Below are positions 56,580-64,000 of a stretch of DNA of 64,000 nucleotides, piece after piece. The stretch covers positions 8,230 through 72,229 of the forward strand of contig JBBDOX010000010.1 in NCBI GenBank assembly GCA_040876835.1, written 5' to 3'. The notes beneath the pieces are model-generated. The model made no database searches, was not told the DNA's origin, and worked only from the letters and a program-made list of their open reading frames with translations. Source of the DNA: Candidatus Anderseniibacteriota bacterium (GTDB lineage: Bacteria > Patescibacteriota > Andersenbacteria > UBA10190). The first letter of the stretch is position 1; each line of letters opens with the position of its first letter. A program made the translations under genes and the position numbers.

Positions 56580-57098
56580 ATGCTCTGGTGGCAAAGGTAC
56601 CCAATTGCCGGATCGGGACTCATCATTGTGCATGATCCTCCCGGCAAGAAGCGGCAGGTGCTGCTCCTGGAGGAGAAGAAAGAAAAGTTGGCACTCGGGA
56701 AGCCAGCAGGCTCGAAGTCGTTTCCGATGGAGACGCGACTCGAGAGTGAAAACAGCCCCGTGGAGACACTGTGGCGACTGTTGGAAGAGGAACTGGCCGG
56801 GACGATGACAGCTGATCTCGAGATCAGCGAGACACCTCGTGGACTCTACCAACTGGTCCCTGGGAAGTGGCTGCTTGTGTTCTGGGCTACAAGCCACACC
56901 GGGGTCACGCCAACAGGGAGATGGGACGCAGAAGTCTCTGGGCACGAGTGGAACGATCTGGCAGAGGCAGTCGAGCTTCCGACTCTGCGGCAGGGAGCAA
57001 AAGAAGCTCTTCGTGATCGTCGGGACGGTCTTCAGGGCCGGATCTGTGATCGCTGTGAAGTGCCGCCACTGATGAAGCAACTGCTCGTGCTTCTCTAG
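56580..57098 (+). CDS. Nudix-family hydrolase encoded in a high-GC islet
   Basis: Start at ATG 56580 (MLWWQRYPIAGSGLIIV) with a GAGGAGGG SD 10 nt upstream. Nudix-box-like ..GKPAGSKSFPMETRLESENSPVETLWRLLEEELAG.. About 59% GC. Confidence 0.55.
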   Translation: MLWWQRYPIAGSGLIIVHDPPGKKRQVLLLEEKKEKLALGKPAGSKSFPMETRLESENSPVETLWRLLEEELAGTMTADLEISETPRGLYQLVPGKWLLVFWATSHTGVTPTGRWDAEVSGHEWNDLAEAVELPTLRQGAKEALRDRRDGLQGRICDRCEVPPLMKQLLVLL

Positions 57099-57149
57099 GA
57101 CTCTCTCAACTCGATCGCAGCGCCAGCTCTCCAGGGGAAGGCGCTTTTT

Positions 57150-57941
57150 CTATAATCGAATAGTTGTGCCAATTGCTTCTTCTGCGAATGCAGCTCGTAT
57201 GTTAGCAGGAATTACACCGTTAAAGATCACAACCTCTATATTTTGTAAGGGGAGAAGAGCTCGTAACTTCCCCTGCATACCGCCGGTAACATCTGTTGCG
57301 TGTACCTTGGCCGAAGAAGGAGAGCCCTCTATTTCTTGTCGCGAAAGAGAAGGTATTAGCTGAGTTTTGTCTGTGGGGGGAAAGGAGTCGTACACGCCGT
57401 CTACGTCGGTGAAAAAAAGAATGCGCTGAGCCTGGAGTGTCTGTGCTAGCGCCACTGCTAAGGTATCCGCCGAGGCAATTGCGACGTTACCGGAGAGTGT
57501 TACAACAGTATCTCCCGCCAGTACGGGAATGCCGCCAGTTTTGAGAATGGTCTCAATGATTCTAATTCCTGTGAGTTTGAAATCGCCCTGTTCATTCATG
57601 TATCCTAGACTGCTGGCTTGGAGGGGAAGGGCTGGTAGATGAAGTTGATGAAGAGCTTTCGTGATGACGTGTGTAAGCCGTCGCATATTAGCCATCGTTT
57701 TTCCCATTCCAATCAGACGCTTTGGGTTCAAGGGCTTGTTAATTAGATCGTATTCATGAGCTAAGGGATGGCCTACAGAGCCAGCTCCATGGAGGATAAC
57801 AAGGCGCAGGTCCGGAGAGGCGGCAAGTGCATCAGCCAGCTCCGTGCATATTGTTGTGATAACATCCTGTAGAACTGCGGGCTTACCACTTTTCTTATCA
57901 GTTATAATACTGCCACCCAGTTTGATAATCCAAAGCCTCAT
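57150..57941 (-). CDS. isopentenyl phosphate kinase (amino-acid-kinase fold)
   Basis: Start at ATG 57941 (MRLWIIKLGGSIITDK). Matches the IPK blocks ILKIGGSVITDK / VVHGGGSFGH / FLTDVDGIY / DVTGG (here IIKLGGSIITDK, ILHGAGSVGH, FFTDVDGVY, DVTGGMQGK). Confidence 0.75.
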   Translation of the reverse strand: MRLWIIKLGGSIITDKKSGKPAVLQDVITTICTELADALAASPDLRLVILHGAGSVGHPLAHEYDLINKPLNPKRLIGMGKTMANMRRLTHVITKALHQLHLPALPLQASSLGYMNEQGDFKLTGIRIIETILKTGGIPVLAGDTVVTLSGNVAIASADTLAVALAQTLQAQRILFFTDVDGVYDSFPPTDKTQLIPSLSRQEIEGSPSSAKVHATDVTGGMQGKLRALLPLQNIEVVIFNGVIPANIRAAFAEEAIGTTIRL

Positions 57942-57957
57942 ATGATTCAATAATACC

Positions 57958-58539
57958 ATGCTAAATTTAGACCAAACAAAAAGCGAAACTAGTGCAGAGT
58001 ATGTAGTGCTCGTTAATGAGGATAATGAACCCTTGGGGCAGGCGCTAAAGTCACAGGTGCACGCTAGTGATACCCCTCTACATCGGGCGTTTTCTTCTTT
58101 TCTGTTTAACTCTCGTGGAGAGCTTCTACTCCAGCAACGTAGTGGCGGCAAGAAAACCTGGCCACTCATATGGTCCAATAGTTGTTGTGGGCATCCGGCG
58201 CCGGGGGAGGGCACAGAAGATGCTGCTCACCGCCGCATCCAACAGGAGTTGGGGCTGAAAGTGACCAGACTCTGGAACATCCTGCCAGACTTCCGGTACC
58301 GAGCTGAGTTATATGGAATAGTGGAAAATGAAATCTGCCCAGTATTCGTTGGTTTTGTTGATGAGGAGCCTGTAGTTAACCATGATGAAATTGAAACCAT
58401 TCGCTGGGTGCCATGGGAGCAGTTTCAGCGTGAAGCTGCAGCGCCGGATTCCAAGTTCTCTGCCTGGTGTATTGAAGAAACGAGACTACTGGCAGAAAAT
58501 GCAGAATTTCAGCAGTTGTTGCGAGAACATACTGCTTAA
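57958..58539 (+). CDS. idi: isopentenyl-diphosphate delta-isomerase, type 1
   Basis: 193 aa. ..LHRAFSSFLFNSRGELLLQQRSGGKKTWPLIWSNSCCGHP.. (type-1 IDI signature WxNSCCxHP) and a Glu-rich Nudix-like box. Confidence 0.85.
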   Translation: MLNLDQTKSETSAEYVVLVNEDNEPLGQALKSQVHASDTPLHRAFSSFLFNSRGELLLQQRSGGKKTWPLIWSNSCCGHPAPGEGTEDAAHRRIQQELGLKVTRLWNILPDFRYRAELYGIVENEICPVFVGFVDEEPVVNHDEIETIRWVPWEQFQREAAAPDSKFSAWCIEETRLLAENAEFQQLLREHTA

Positions 58540-58551
58540 CTCCCTAATCAA

Positions 58552-59604
58552 ATGGATAAGAGTATGTTTTTAGACATTGAGCGGGTATTTGAGCACTACT
58601 TTCCTGAGCAGTGGAGTAGTGAAGAGTTGCAGAAGTTTCTTGGCGATTCCCGCTTCGTGCGCGACAGAGAAGCTATACAGCAGACGATCAACGTCCCTAT
58701 ACGCGAATTATTTTTTCGAGGTGGAAAGCGTTTGCGTTCAGCGCTTCTGTTTACGCTGTTGCAGGGATTTGATATTAATCCTCGTGGGTATGAAGAATTC
58801 GGGATCATTATAGAGCTGGTTCATAATGGGACGCTGGTTGCGGATGACATAGAAGATAGCTCTGAGCTTCGGCGCGGGAAGGCATCCTTGCATAAGATGC
58901 TTGGACTCGATATAGCGGTTAACATCGCCAGTGGAATGTTATTTATCCCCGTCACTATGCTTCTTAACCACAGTAAGAAAATTTCTGGTGAACAGCGGCT
59001 GCGTCTTTTTGAAATATACAGCGAAGAGATGACGAATGTTCATATGGGACAAGGCATAGACATCTCGTGGCACCGAACTCTTCCTGATCATATTACTCGG
59101 GAGATGTATCTTGAAATGTGCCGTCTTAAAACCGGATCGCTTATGCGGATGAGTGCGCGGTTTGCCTGCGTTCTGGCTGAACAGGATATACCGACAGAAG
59201 AAACCCTCAAACGGTTTGCTGAAAGCGTAGGTATTGTTTTCCAGATTAAAGACGATGCGCTTGATCTTACGGCTATAGAAGAGACATTCGGTAAGCCGTA
59301 CGGAAACGACATCCGGGAGGGGAAACTTAGCCTGCCCGTCATTCTGGCGCTGGAGGAACTAGCCCAGAGGGACAAAGGACGCTTGCGAGCCATCTTGCAG
59401 CAGCATCCCGGGCAGCAAGCAAAAGAACTGATTGATGAGGCTCGAGCGCTTATTATGAAAACCAATGCCGTTGATCGTGCGATAGAGTACGGCCACACAC
59501 TTTTTGTGGATGCTTGGAAAGAGATAGAGGACAAGATTCCAAACAAAGAAGGGCAAGAGCGCCTGCGGGAACTTACGAAGTCGTTTATTAGGAGGGAGCG
59601 GTAA
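58552..59604 (+). CDS. polyprenyl diphosphate synthase (FPP/GGPP synthase family)
   Basis: 350 aa. First Asp-rich motif LVADDIEDSSELRRGK, second FQIKDDALDL. Confidence 0.85.
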   Translation: MDKSMFLDIERVFEHYFPEQWSSEELQKFLGDSRFVRDREAIQQTINVPIRELFFRGGKRLRSALLFTLLQGFDINPRGYEEFGIIIELVHNGTLVADDIEDSSELRRGKASLHKMLGLDIAVNIASGMLFIPVTMLLNHSKKISGEQRLRLFEIYSEEMTNVHMGQGIDISWHRTLPDHITREMYLEMCRLKTGSLMRMSARFACVLAEQDIPTEETLKRFAESVGIVFQIKDDALDLTAIEETFGKPYGNDIREGKLSLPVILALEELAQRDKGRLRAILQQHPGQQAKELIDEARALIMKTNAVDRAIEYGHTLFVDAWKEIEDKIPNKEGQERLRELTKSFIRRER

Positions 59605-59647
59605 ATATACGTTCTCTAAACTGACTCTCTGGAAACAGGAGTCGGTT

Positions 59648-60091
59648 TTATACATCAGCTATATATTGCTGAATAACCATGTAGTGATCGAAGGCAATAG
59701 TGTCGGGAGGGGGAAGATCCGCTATATTAAACCACTGTATCTCGCTTACTTCCCAATCAAGCTCTCCTGTCTGCTCCGTAGCTTCACATGCGTAGTTGAA
59801 GGCGATGTTCTGACGACCAGCGTCATTAGGCCTATCAGGGTTATCAAAAATGCTAAGGAGTTTGAGATTAGTAATTTCCCAGCCCGTTTCCTCGCGTATT
59901 TCCCTGGTAATTGCTTGCTCTATTGTTTCATTGTGATCTACATAGCCTCCGGGCAATGCCCATTTACCGCCTTCCAGCAGAGTCTCGGCTCGCTTTTCAA
60001 GGAGGATCTGGTCGTTTTTAACCACAACAGCTTGAGCTACGGCATGCCGCAACTTTCCTTCACCGCCATCTTCAAATGTGCATGTAAGCAT
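59648..60091 (-). CDS. Nudix hydrolase
   Basis: 147 aa. Canonical Nudix box GGYVDHNETIEQAITREIREETG. Confidence 0.75.
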   Translation of the reverse strand: MLTCTFEDGGEGKLRHAVAQAVVVKNDQILLEKRAETLLEGGKWALPGGYVDHNETIEQAITREIREETGWEITNLKLLSIFDNPDRPNDAGRQNIAFNYACEATEQTGELDWEVSEIQWFNIADLPPPDTIAFDHYMVIQQYIADV

Positions 60092-60104
60092 AGGGAGTTA
60101 GCAC

Positions 60105-60938
60105 TTAGTCAATTAGTGTTTTCCCAGAGTTGAGGAAAACCACCGTATCGTTTGAGTTAAATTTATGCTTGTCTGGTGCAGCAAAAACCGCAGCTGAAGA
60201 GGGCTCGCAATCAACCACGTTTTGAAACTTTGCATAGGTCTTCTTTATTTCCTGCTCGCTTAGTCGATAAATTGGGTGTCCTGCCTTTTGGTAGAACTCC
60301 AAGGCCTTAGAATAAGGTGTCCACGGCGTAGAGAGTTTATCACCGAAACTCTGTGTAGTATTTTGTACGCCGATGCCAATTACCTGTGTTCGTTTTTTCT
60401 TATTCTCTAATGCTTGAATAATACCCAAGTAGATGCCGCCGCTACCTACAGGAACAACGATGTGTGAAGGCTCTACTTCCGCAAAAATCTCCTTTACAAT
60501 CGGGTGGTAATTTTCTTCATAGCCGTTGGTTACTTCCCAAATTACCTCTTCCTCCTTTTCTCGGGCAAAGGCAACCAATTCCTCCGGCCTCATAATCTTA
60601 TGATTTAGGTTCAGTTCAATAACTTGATAGGCTGCCTGCCTTAAAATATTTTTAGTTTCAATTGATAAATCGCGACTTACGATGCAAACGACTTTAATGG
60701 GGCTGTTTTTAGCAAACTGGGCGAGGCTGTATCCGTTATTACCTGAGGTTATTAAAACTAATTTATCAACTTTTAAGCGACTTGCTTCTTGGAAAACATA
60801 TAGGTTACGTCTATCTTTCACCGTTCCAAATGGGTTCTTGCTCTCGTTTTTCACAAAGACAGCTTTCATTCCTAGCTGTGCTTGTAAGTCTCTGAGCGAC
60901 AGTAGGGGAGTTTGTCCGACCGGAGGGATCTTTTTCAT
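60105..60938 (-). CDS. PLP-dependent enzyme, fold type II (Trp-synthase-beta superfamily: cysteine synthase/threonine dehydratase-like)
   Basis: 277 aa. ..GQTPLLSL..KNESKNPFGTVKDRR.. (PLP-lysine block) and the Gly-rich loop VPVGSGG. Confidence 0.6.
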   Translation of the reverse strand: MKKIPPVGQTPLLSLRDLQAQLGMKAVFVKNESKNPFGTVKDRRNLYVFQEASRLKVDKLVLITSGNNGYSLAQFAKNSPIKVVCIVSRDLSIETKNILRQAAYQVIELNLNHKIMRPEELVAFAREKEEEVIWEVTNGYEENYHPIVKEIFAEVEPSHIVVPVGSGGIYLGIIQALENKKKRTQVIGIGVQNTTQSFGDKLSTPWTPYSKALEFYQKAGHPIYRLSEQEIKKTYAKFQNVVDCEPSSAAVFAAPDKHKFNSNDTVVFLNSGKTLID

Positions 60939-61708
60939 GCCTTTGCTTTTCCGTTGAGTCGCTTTGCTTCTTTCCAGGAGAGCTCAAAAGCGTTTTTTAA
61001 TGCATCAGCCAACTCTTGGCTCTGAATAATAAGAGAGAAACGCTCTACTAGAGACATGAAGACGATCTTATCATCATATACATTAATCTCTGGCGAAAAA
61101 GCATATTTTTCAGCCGGTACTAATTGAGCTTCACGAGCTTCTTCCGAGTCATGTGTCATACGCTCTCGGGCTTCTGGTGTGTCAGGGAATATCGCTCGAA
61201 TGCCAATCTTCTTACTTGCTCGACGCTGATAATAGTCAGGGAAATAGTTAGGTAGAGCTTTGTGCATATTCTCAATTGATGCATAGGCTCGAATTGTTTC
61301 CTGGGAGGTCAGAGTGTCCTCATAGGCTGTTTTAATTCCCTCAATGCCCTCGTAAAACTGTACTTTAGGTTTTGGTCCCACACCAACATACATAGCTTTT
61401 AACTCAGGCAGAAGGCTGCGAGCAGTACCTACTAGTTCTGTATATTTTTTCACCGACTCCTCAAGGAACTGGATAATGCGTTCAGGGGGAGCAGGATTAT
61501 ATATCTTGGTTCCTGATTTTTCTGAAATACTGACGAGGCCGTGCCCGGAGAGGGAGTCTAGTAAAACATATGCCGTGCTTCTATTGATTCCCGACTGCTT
61601 TGCTATTTCATTCACAGGAGCTGGTCCCAGCTCAAGTAGCACGAGATATATCTTTGCCTCCTTATGAGACAGCCCAAATTTTTCTAGTTGTTGTTCGGTA
61701 ATAATAAT
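60935..61708 (-). CDS. TrmB-family HTH transcriptional regulator with no canonical start codon (candidate ATT start)
   Basis: The in-frame upstream extension reads ..TEQQLEKFGLSHKEAKIYLVLLELGPAPVNEIAKQSGINRSTAYVLLDSL.., the TrmB N-terminal HTH signature. No ATG/GTG/TTG lies between the upstream stop (61751) and the GTG inside the HTH (61642). Three ATT codons at 61700-61708 are the only start candidates. Confidence 0.5.
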   Translation of the reverse strand: MIITEQQLEKFGLSHKEAKIYLVLLELGPAPVNEIAKQSGINRSTAYVLLDSLSGHGLVSISEKSGTKIYNPAPPERIIQFLEESVKKYTELVGTARSLLPELKAMYVGVGPKPKVQFYEGIEGIKTAYEDTLTSQETIRAYASIENMHKALPNYFPDYYQRRASKKIGIRAIFPDTPEARERMTHDSEEAREAQLVPAEKYAFSPEINVYDDKIVFMSLVERFSLIIQSQELADALKNAFELSWKEAKRLNGKAKA

Positions 61709-61905
61709 GTCAGGTGTTAATGACCTCTGGCAGTCTCCTTGTTTTGCTGCTCAAAATCTTTCTTAGTAGAGGATTGAGGCAGCACGCTCCAGAAATTGCT
61801 GTTAATAATAATTAACAACAATGTTCTGTCAAATAAGCTCTACAATAGTATGTTAATAATTTTTGACAACATCTTATATTAGAACCTATCTTTGGTCTGA
61901 GGAGT

Positions 61906-62256
61906 ATGGTTAAAGTCAGATTTTATACCACAACGAAAGAAGGATATAAGCAGCTCCTTGCATGGGGAGGGGCCTTAATGACCACTCGTAAGGACGAAGC
62001 CTTGCGATCTATGTTGAAGGAAGATGTGGAATTTGAAGGAATGTACTTGGCGAAGACTGCAAAAATACCTTATTTGGTGGTGGCGTTTATGTATAGCCCT
62101 CATGAGATCAAGTATCCGGACATGTCTATGAGTGTGAACCAGGAGCATCGAACGATGAAAGATCGGTGGCTCAAGCCGGCTAAGGGTCATTGGAGTATGA
62201 CGGAGTTAGACAATTTGTCCTTGATTTATGAATTAGAGACAGAGGATTATAGGTGA
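61906..62256 (+). CDS. hypothetical protein
   Basis: 116-aa ORF. No motif. Confidence 0.3.
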   Translation: MVKVRFYTTTKEGYKQLLAWGGALMTTRKDEALRSMLKEDVEFEGMYLAKTAKIPYLVVAFMYSPHEIKYPDMSMSVNQEHRTMKDRWLKPAKGHWSMTELDNLSLIYELETEDYR

Positions 62257-62372
62257 ACCATTACGGTGCCGCAGCTTGCCCTATATTTGACACTACTCAC
62301 ATTATAGTATATAATGAATAAAGTTTGTGAATTTTCTCTAGGTAGAGTCATAGATTTCTAGCTTCTTGGTAG

Positions 62373-63269
62373 ATGCCATCAGAATTATTAATTGCTATAT
62401 TCGGGGGACTCGGAGGCATGCTCGGCTGGGGCTTGGCCGATTTTTTTGCAAAGAAAACGATAGATGAAGTTGGTGATGTAGTAAGTCTGGCCTGGGGCCA
62501 TGTTTTTGGCACAATTGTCCTCCTGATTATGGTCCTCTATCAGTTTGTAGGGCTGGGGCATAAAGTAACCGCTCATTATGATTTAAGCGCCTGGTTACTC
62601 CTTGCCTTCTTTGGAGTATTGCAAGCAGCAGTTTACCTTTTGGTGTACAAGGGTTTTGGAAAGGGACAAGTAGGAGTGTTAAGTCCCGTGTTTGCCTCAT
62701 TTTCTGGCTTAACAGCGATTATTTCGATAGTAATATTTGGGGAAGCAGTGGGACCATACATACTCTTGGGCCTAGTTGCTCTCTTTGCCGGAATTCTTTT
62801 AATCAATATCGATGTTCAAGCCCTCAAGGCAAAGCGACTCAATTTTGCGTATGTTCCTGGGTTTAAAGAAATAGCGTTGGCAACACTTCTTGCCACTTTC
62901 TGGACGCTGTCGTGGGACAAATTTGTTGGGGGTAGGGACTGGTTACTGTACACATTCTTCATGTATGCATTTATGAGCGTAGCAATACTCATCTTTGCTT
63001 TGATACGTCGAATTAATCTACTTGTTGTTAAGCCTCATATCTGGAAGTTCTTAGCCCTTATTGGTTTTACTGAGACCGTAGCATATGCAGCAATAAGTTT
63101 GGGTTATAGCCTAACATCGCTAACCAGTGTAGTTGCATTACTAAGCGGAGCCTTCTCTCTTCCAACAATTATTTTGGCTCATCTCTTCTTAAAAGAGAAA
63201 ATAACAACAATGCAAACCGTCGGTAGTCTCATTACTATTGGTGGAATTATGGTTCTGGCCGCCCTATAA
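62373..63269 (+). CDS. EamA/DMT-superfamily transporter
   Basis: 298 aa with 10 TM helices in two 5-TM repeats. Gly-rich helix ends typical of DMT permeases. Confidence 0.72.
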   Translation: MPSELLIAIFGGLGGMLGWGLADFFAKKTIDEVGDVVSLAWGHVFGTIVLLIMVLYQFVGLGHKVTAHYDLSAWLLLAFFGVLQAAVYLLVYKGFGKGQVGVLSPVFASFSGLTAIISIVIFGEAVGPYILLGLVALFAGILLINIDVQALKAKRLNFAYVPGFKEIALATLLATFWTLSWDKFVGGRDWLLYTFFMYAFMSVAILIFALIRRINLLVVKPHIWKFLALIGFTETVAYAAISLGYSLTSLTSVVALLSGAFSLPTIILAHLFLKEKITTMQTVGSLITIGGIMVLAAL

Positions 63270-63287
63270 TTGATCCATTGTACTAAC

Positions 63288-64000
63288 TTCTGTATGTCAA
63301 CGTTCACAAATCCTGATTTCGGCCAAGATTTTCTTGAAGGGTTATCACACAAGACGCCTTTTTTTCTTTTTTCAAAGGAGAAAATCATTCACAATTTTGA
63401 AGAGTTTAAGCAATGCTTTCCCGGTGCCTCGGTTCATTACGCGATGAAAGCAAACTCAGAGCCTGAAATTCTGCAAACAGTATTAGATGTTGGAGCAGGA
63501 TTCGAAGTTGCTTCTGTGTATGAGCTTCACATGCTTCAGGATATCGGTGTCCCGCCGGAAAAAATTATCTATGGGACATCCGTAAAGCCAATTGCTCATA
63601 TCAAGGAATTTTTTGATTATGGGGTGGATAGATTCGCTTTTGACTCCCTGCCTGAACTGGAGAAGATCGCTGTAATGGCTCCCGGTTCACGTGTATATGT
63701 CAGAGTAATTGTTAACGATACGGGGAGTGTATTCAGATTCTCCGAAAAATTCGGCACAGACAAGGAAAATGTTATATCGCTCCTCCAACGAGCAAAGGAT
63801 CTCGGCCTTCATCCCTACGGCGTTAGCTTTCATGTAGGCTCACAAGCAAGCAACCCTATGGCTTGGGCAAACGCTCTCGAAAATCTAGGGCCCATCCTTG
63901 AGCATCTAAAGAAAACGGGTATTGAAATAGAAATTATTAACCTAGGAGGAGGCTACCCGTGCGCCTATGCTTCGACTGATCAAAAAGTTAGTCTTAAAGA
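63288..64000 (+). CDS. Orn/DAP/Arg decarboxylase-family PLP enzyme (alanine-racemase fold), 5' start unclear, 3' truncated by the window end
   Basis: Frame-0 translation reads ..TPFFLFSKEKIIHNFEEFKQCFPGASVHYAMKANSEPEIL..GFEVASVYEL..YGVSFHVGSQ..NLGGGY.. (PLP-Lys YAMKAN, GFHVGSQ). The only upstream ATG (63295) is in the +1 frame. No canonical in-frame start precedes the TPFF block. Confidence 0.7.

Noticed and set aside
56574-57080. 168-aa minus-strand ORF opposite the high-GC Nudix gene
   Set aside because: It is antisense to an SD-supported Nudix-motif gene and has high-GC artefact composition.
1-64000. CRISPR arrays, rRNA genes, IS elements or transposases
   Set aside because: There are no regularly spaced direct repeats, no rRNA-like conserved stretches and no transposase or DDE motifs in any frame. 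The only recombinase is a housekeeping-type XerC/D with no flanking inverted repeats.

Overview
The 64-kb window comes from a small-genome bacterium of about 45% GC. Most native genes lack a Shine-Dalgarno (SD) sequence. The gene content (short 4-domain rpsA, short MetRS, IPK-type mevalonate genes, many lineage-specific surface proteins, pilin-like arrays) suggests a Patescibacteria/CPR-like organism, perhaps Saccharibacteria-like. That placement is inference and is not needed for the calls below.

Housekeeping backbone: nusA, P-type ATPase, rpsA, gyrA, a ClpC-like ATPase with an N-terminal zinc ribbon, a Xer recombinase, rpsO, an NYN-domain gene, pnp, lspA, pyrD, cfa, recG, mpg, tsaD, valS, hsp20, metG, rfbB, murI. 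There are six tRNAs: Ala-GGC, Leu-TAG, Arg-TCG, His-GTG, Arg-TCT and Glu-TTC. No rRNA and no CRISPR array were seen.

Most striking accessory content:
- A tandem array of eight small VirB2/TrbC-like two-TM pilin-like paralogs (12.5-15.4 kb). It sits directly downstream of an orphan solute-binding lipoprotein and is co-oriented with it. The N-terminal ectodomains are hypervariable, the C-terminal module is conserved, and there is evidence of recent duplication or gene conversion.
- Three abrupt high-GC islets (about 58-62% GC). Two flank a tRNA-Leu gene, and all three carry genes with canonical strong SDs.

Other notable content: a moderately GC-elevated pyrD wedged between tRNAs; an IPK-IDI-polyprenyl synthase cluster (alternative mevalonate route); two Nudix genes; a lysine-rich histone-H1-like mini-protein; a 1.1-kb ORF-free, hairpin-rich region; and two genes (a TrmB-like regulator and an Orn/DAP decarboxylase-like gene at the window end) that lack a canonical in-frame start codon.
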